Shown one piece after another: positions 35,890 to 41,096 of a DNA stretch of 41,096 nucleotides. Origin of the DNA: Macrostomum lignano. Taxonomy: Eukaryota. The DNA is taken from positions 1 through 41,096 of the forward strand of contig NIVC01004591.1 of NCBI GenBank assembly GCA_002269645.1, read 5' to 3'. The notes under the pieces were generated by a model. That model had not been told where the DNA came from. It searched no databases and was given only the letters and a program-made list of their open reading frames with translations. Made by a program: the position numbers and the translations under genes. The stretch's first letter is position 1; every line of letters starts with the position of its first letter.

Positions 35890-36414
35890 TCAGCGGGGGT
35901 CGAATGGGAGACTCACACCTAGCAAGTAAACCTTTTCTGTTCGATAGTCTATGATAGCATGCGTACTGGCTAGAAAAGCACTACCCAGGAGGGAAACTGC
36001 TGCTGAATTGCCAACGACCAGAAAGAGGATTCTCACCTCTTCTAGCCCAATAACTGCTGTGAGGGTGGCCTGGCCTAGCATCTCTAATTCATTGCCCGTG
36101 TAGGACACGGCCTTCACACATGGGGGCTCCAGGGCCTCCACACTCTGTCCGGTAATTTTAGTAAAGTCTTTGACTGTTAGCAAAGACAGCGCACTGCCCC
36201 CATCTACCAGGAGGCGGGTGGGAACATTCTCAATTGGCAACTCTACAACAATATCTCTCCCGCGTTGTCCTCCAGCTGGTCTTGGCTGATAGAAATCGGG
36301 TACCTTCTCAAATCTAAACTTCTTGCTGGGCGGACGTGGCAGGTTAAGCTGGGCCCTAGAGAGGGAACGGGGCTGAGTTCGGGCCGGGCCATTCAGCCCT
36401 CCCACGGGTTTCCC
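35890..36414 (-). CDS. pro: Retropepsin-like aspartic protease, -1 frame relative to gag
   Basis: PIENVPTRLLVDGGSALSLL (D-x-G-S active-site motif), ...GNELEMLG..., SLLGSAFL...IIDY (ILGxDFL-like motif). Stops at TGA 35892-35890. Confidence 0.85.
   Translation of the reverse strand, partial: GKPVGGLNGPARTQPRSLSRAQLNLPRPPSKKFRFEKVPDFYQPRPAGGQRGRDIVVELPIENVPTRLLVDGGSALSLLTVKDFTKITGQSVEALEPPCVKAVSYTGNELEMLGQATLTAVIGLEEVRILFLVVGNSAAVSLLGSAFLASTHAIIDYRTEKVYLLGVSLPFDPR
36370..36414 (-). other. -1 programmed ribosomal frameshift signal
   Basis: In-frame G GGA AAC heptamer (36414-36408), then a GGGCTGA/TCAGCCC hairpin (36399-36370). A -1 shift enters the protease frame (PVGGLNGPAR...). Confidence 0.8.
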
Positions 36415-37838
36415 GAACCCGGGGGCTCTTCAGGCGTGGAAGGAGGAGGCATCAGAGCTTGCGCGCGCAGCTGGGCGAGCCTCTCCTGCCTCTCCCTGGT
36501 AGCCTCGTCTAACATATCTCTGCCCCACTCCTCTAAATCTTGCCTATGGCGATCAGGTGGCGCACGAAGCTGCAATTGCTGCTGCTGCACACCCGGCGCC
36601 GGCGGCGTGGGCGCCTCCTGAATTGCAAGCGGCGGGGGCTGGGGTTGGCGCCAGTTCCTACTGCTATTAGAGCCGCCCTGCCCCTGCCTCCAGTTCCTGT
36701 TGGGAGTGGCGGGGCGAGGGGGCCTCATCTGCTGGGGCAGCTGGGCAACAGACTCTGCTGTCGCCTTCATAGTTTCATTGAGCTGCACCAGCTGGTTGCG
36801 CAGATCCTTTTGCGTTTGCTCTAGCGCGCCCAACCTCTCTTGCATCTCTGATAGGCCGTCACCGTCCTCCTCCGTCTCGTCAGCTTCCTGGTTCACCATC
36901 CTGACCCACTTGCGAGGGGGCCTGGGTGGCTGCTGAGGTTGCAGACGGACTTCGGTGCGGGACTCAGACCTGGGCGGGCCACTACTGTCCCATTTCCCGG
37001 CTAAGTCTGCGGCTTCTAACAGGGCTTGCTGCTGTTCTAACACCTGCTCAATTGTCTGCCAGCGACGGCTCAACAGATCTTGTCTGACCTGGCGGGGGAG
37101 CTTAGCGTGTTCCAAGTAGGTGTACACGATTTCTTGTTCTCTCTGCTCACCCTGAATCTGAGGAAACATGGCCGTTATCTGAGATCTTATCATAGCAGCA
37201 AAAGCACTATGTGATTGGCCGGGTTTCTGGCTCAGATTCTTCAGCTTATTTCTCTTAGCCAGATCAGTGTTGGCCTCGCCCAACTGCTCTCCTAATCTAG
37301 ATACGAACTGCTCAAAGGGCAATTGCCCGTCCAATCCTAAGGCTAAGTTCTGAAATTCACCTGGGAGGTGCGAGATGAGCACCTGCTTCCTAGCCTGATC
37401 TCCTACAGTTCTCTCCGCGTCCAGCTTGTAGATCATTCTCTCTACCCATTGCACAAAACAGTGTTCGCCGGGAGAGAACTTTTCTACGTAGATTTTCGGC
37501 CTCTGGGCGTCTTGGCCCATGTTTAGCTGGTTAAACGCATTGGCTATAGCGGCAACTAAGTCTCCTAGCTGCGGGACTGCCTGAGGAGGATTCTGGGCTG
37601 CGTCCGGGGGAGCAGCGGCGGCTGCTGCGCCACCCTGATTGGGAGCGGGAGCTGCTACTCCTTCATCTGGTTCCTCAACTACTACTGCTTCTGGAGGCTG
37701 AGGGACCTGGTTACCAGCGGCTGCGGCCATTGCGGCTGCGGGGGCGGCAACTGCTGGGGTGTCAGCGGCCGAGGGTGGTTGACCAGGGGCGTCTGCGCAC
37801 ACAGCTTCTACGACCCTATCTCCACGCGCCCGTGACAT
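36393..37838 (-). CDS. gag: Ty3/gypsy Gag (capsid), 481 aa, no CCHC zinc knuckle
   Basis: EKFSPGEHCFVQWVERM and KLKNLSQKPGQSHSAFAAMIR resemble retrotransposon capsid motifs. Position is downstream of the PBS and upstream of the protease. Confidence 0.85.
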   Translation of the reverse strand: MSRARGDRVVEAVCADAPGQPPSAADTPAVAAPAAAMAAAAGNQVPQPPEAVVVEEPDEGVAAPAPNQGGAAAAAAPPDAAQNPPQAVPQLGDLVAAIANAFNQLNMGQDAQRPKIYVEKFSPGEHCFVQWVERMIYKLDAERTVGDQARKQVLISHLPGEFQNLALGLDGQLPFEQFVSRLGEQLGEANTDLAKRNKLKNLSQKPGQSHSAFAAMIRSQITAMFPQIQGEQREQEIVYTYLEHAKLPRQVRQDLLSRRWQTIEQVLEQQQALLEAADLAGKWDSSGPPRSESRTEVRLQPQQPPRPPRKWVRMVNQEADETEEDGDGLSEMQERLGALEQTQKDLRNQLVQLNETMKATAESVAQLPQQMRPPRPATPNRNWRQGQGGSNSSRNWRQPQPPPLAIQEAPTPPAPGVQQQQLQLRAPPDRHRQDLEEWGRDMLDEATRERQERLAQLRAQALMPPPSTPEEPPGSGNPWEG

Positions 37839-40188
37839 GTGAATGCCGGATAGCTGGGGGAGTACCCACTACCGGGAAGGAAAAGAAAAGAAAACCGGGG
37901 CAACTACAGGTAAAGACCGAAAAGTTGATCCGAAACACACAAACACACTCACACACACACAAACACAGACAAAACCACACACTTGCGGCGTCGAAGAAAA
38001 CAAATTGAAAAACGGGTGGCTCCACATAATTCCATTTAGGCAGTCCTAACGGCTTCACTCGGCAAAGCACACTGACTCAAACTGCGGCTACCACTACCAG
38101 TTGTCTATGGCACATCCTGACAGGGAAAAATTGGCTATTCAGAGAGACTTGACCTTCATTTTGCGGCCATGCTAGGGAACCCAAATGCCGACCGTAAACG
38201 GACTTACGGCACCTGTACAAATTCTCCCCTAGGGTTGCGCGCCGGACCCCATTTCCTTAAGAAAGCTACTACGAAGAAGCGTTGGCGCCTGGACCCAAAA
38301 ACCCAAGTGGCGGGAGCAATCCCCATGGAGGTCCTCCCACTTTACTGCCCTTGCACAGCCGGAAAACCGTCGGAGTCCAGTGGGGCTTCCACCTCAGGAC
38401 TACCAATCTTGTACACGCAGCTTCACAAAAGGCGGGAATCCAGCTCCCCTACGTCTAGCAGAATCCACAAAAACCAAGACCTCCCCCTTCTGTTCAGAGC
38501 GAAGGCGCGCAGCGGGAGTCCAGACTAAACTGTCCCCGAAGTTTTCAGGTTAGGCGGATTACAAGCCTGAAACTCTCGCCCGCTTTCCTAGGATAAACAG
38601 ACCTAAGTGAGTATCTTCCTGAAATGCTTGCCCCTCCGATACTCCACCTTTGCTGCAGCTCGAAATAGCATACTTGGGACCTTTATCTGATGGCGGAGAA
38701 AGTCCTACAGTTGTCAGCCTCTCCACTTTACTGTACTTGAACGCCCGGTTCTACCAGGAGACAGCGGTACCTCCATCTAGGTTATTCCAAGTTGCCAGAG
38801 ACGTCAACCCGTCTTATTGACCTTGCGGGGCACTGGGGTGGCACTCTATGTACCGGGGCTTTACATTAGGGGACTGCATGCAACCCTGCGTCTAAGCGCT
38901 TAGTGGGCTGCAGTGGCCAGAGGGGAAAAGAGTTGCGCAATAGCGCCTTCCTGGGCCAGGCTGACAAGTCGGGCAGGAGCGCCGTTCTACCGGGTCGGGC
39001 TGATTGGCACACCCACCTCCCCTATCAGACTGACAGCAGGGGGGAGGAATTACTAAAGGAGGAGAATGCAGCAGGAAACATTACGAGATCACTGGGGGCC
39101 ACCAGACTTCCAGTACACCATTCCAATACTCACTGAACTCCACTATCAATAGGATACTATGGGATCTACTATTTCCAGCCACTGCACCAGCCCAAATGCA
39201 ACCAAAGCAGTTACTACCGGGTCTGCAATACAGTGGGGAGAGTCAGCAGACACGTTGGGATCGAATCCCAGCCATGAAGGCACCAGGGGTTACCGCAGAA
39301 TTCAGGTCCGGGCTGATCGCAGGTATTCCATAGGAGGTGACACTTTTTTTAGCCCGAGATTTTTGAGTCACACTGATACCCTACAGAGATACAATCACAC
39401 CGCTATTCCCATTCCTGCGAGACTTTGGTATCCCCCAATGTTTCCAAGGCCATGACTACTGCTTCCCTTACTATGCATATATAGCGAGTTCCCCATAGCC
39501 CTTGATAGCTGTTCATTCTAATGGACAAACAAAACACGCTCCGGTCTCTACGCATTTCTAGGATTAACTGAGCGATCAGGGAGAGCGACTGTTACACTCC
39601 CCGAGTAAAAGAAAGAGGTAGGACAAAGGAAAGAAATGCTTCGCTTCCAGCTTCCCTGTGCTTGCGTGATGAGGCTTCCGTACCTGGCTGGCTGTCCACC
39701 TCAACACTCACACAGTTCTGCTGTAGGCTAGGCGAGAGAAAGAAAGGGAGGGGAAATAAAGCATATTACCATGAAATAGAAAGTGAGTCCGGAAAATTCA
39801 CTTTCGCAGTTCTTCACACACTCCGTTACCAGGTAGCTATTCTGATTGTAATCAAATCCGCTCGTCTACCACTTCACACTTTCTAGCGCTGAAACTGATC
39901 GGCTAAATTAATTTTAAATTGAATCAGGGGCTTTTGGCGAATGAATGAATTTGGAAATTTCGAATGAATTGAACGAATTCGCAGCCCGAAAAATTTGAAA
40001 AGTTACATTAATATTTTTGGATTTTGTTGCCTCACGCCATGGGAGAAGAGAATGACGATTGGCGATTTTTACGATTGGTAGATTTAGACATGGCACTCTT
40101 TGCGCTTCGGCCACCATTCTGAGGGATGCCACAGGTGCGCTTGTCACATCTAAACCACCAGTCCGAAACTCAGCGCTGTTTGCACCAG

Positions 40189-40206
40189 ATCCCACCGCTG
40201 CCACCA
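40189..40206 (-). other. Primer binding site complementary to the 3' end of tRNA-Leu
   Basis: - strand TGGTGGCAGCGGTGGGAT, 3 nt after the LTR end. The + strand ATCCCACCGCTGCCACCA equals the conserved eukaryotic tRNA-Leu(AAG-type) 3' end including CCA. Confidence 0.9.
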
Positions 40207-40209
40207 TTT

Positions 40210-41096
40210 TGATGTAACCGCCCTTGTCGCCTGTCCGCTCCGTAGAGAGACGAACGCATGACTAGAGGGGGCAATGACCGTAGGCTGCCTATGACCGGGC
40301 AATGACCTGACGGACCTCCAGCACCAGACTGTCCCGCCCACATGATTAGTAGCTTTGGTAGCGCTTCGTGACCAGAGGGCCAAGGACCCACATGGACCCC
40401 ACCTGTAGCCAAGGTGCAATAGTTGGTCACTCGGTCATGGTATGACCGAGTGGCTGCCACCACTCTATGTGACCTGGCGCACCTGGATCTTTCTACCAGA
40501 CCTCTCGAGGCTAGAGCCCCGCCTGGATTGGTTACCAGGGGATTTAGGCTAACAGGGGAGACGCATGCAGCCGAGTACAGGGACTCTGCTTGGGCATGAT
40601 CGGGAACTCTGGGCTCAATCCTGGAGGATTTCTCAGCAGGGGATCCTTTGTGGCTGTGAGCGAGGCTGACTTGCGACTTTGATTACTAAGAGTAGTATGA
40701 GCGAACATGTACTGTCTACAGTTTAGATTGCTCAGGGCGAAGGGACGCGTTAGCATGGGGTTGCAACCTTCCTACTGCCATTCTGTGCCAAGACTCGCTA
40801 ATCCTCTACTGCACGCACACGCGGCCCGCAGCACGCACTCACAGGCGGGCTTTGCACGGGGAGAGGCCATTAGCTTACCCAAACTTCCTTATGCTTTGCC
40901 ACCCCGGGAGAAAGGCTTAGCAAGCCATGAGTGAAATGATGGTGAAAGATTGAATAATGATGAAGTTAGTTAATAGTTAATAATTAGGCCCTTAGGCAAA
41001 TAAGCAGGCAATTAGGCGGCTTCACTATTGAGTAAAATACAGCAAAAGATACGGTATCACAATTGGCTCAGCTCTCTAATCAGACAATGGAAAATA
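40210..41096 (-). repeat. 5' LTR (partial, U5 end)
   Basis: Matches 29272-~30162 except for 2 substitutions and 4 single-base homopolymer indels, counted by eye. Confidence 0.95.

Larger units (their letters stand above)
29272..41096 (-). mobile_element. Ty3/gypsy-type LTR retroelement, non-autonomous (gag-pro + unknown ORF; no RT/RH/IN seen); truncated by the window end
   Basis: Two LTR copies (29272 and 40210 starts), tRNA-Leu PBS, PPT, capsid-like gag, retropepsin, and a slippery site. Confidence 0.92.

Overview
Eukaryotic (intron-containing) animal DNA, extremely rich in micro- and minisatellites. GC-rich poly-Ala/Gln coding style and repeat load are most reminiscent of a free-living flatworm such as Macrostomum (inference only). 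The left two-thirds hold two host genes on the + strand. The first is a five-exon ELMOD3-like gene (1338-6879) with an unusual Thr-Gly-Pro-Thr repeat N-terminus and about four apparent 1-bp deletions that are probably long-read errors. The second is a two-exon NPY/NPF-type peptide GPCR (13501-14079 + 19515-20402). They are surrounded by many tandem repeats, two foldback/MULE-like elements with target-site duplications and three copies of one tRNA-derived SINE. The right third is a young Ty3/gypsy-type LTR element on the - strand (29272 to beyond the window end). It has 2215-bp LTRs, an 18-nt tRNA-Leu PBS, a PPT, gag, and a G GGA AAC -1 frameshift into a protease that then stops. It has no RT, RNase H or integrase. 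In their place are an array of PBS/LTR-end mimics, a 449-562 aa non-env ORF of unknown family and a candidate antisense spliced unit. This gag-pro-plus-cargo non-autonomous element is the most novel-looking system in the window.
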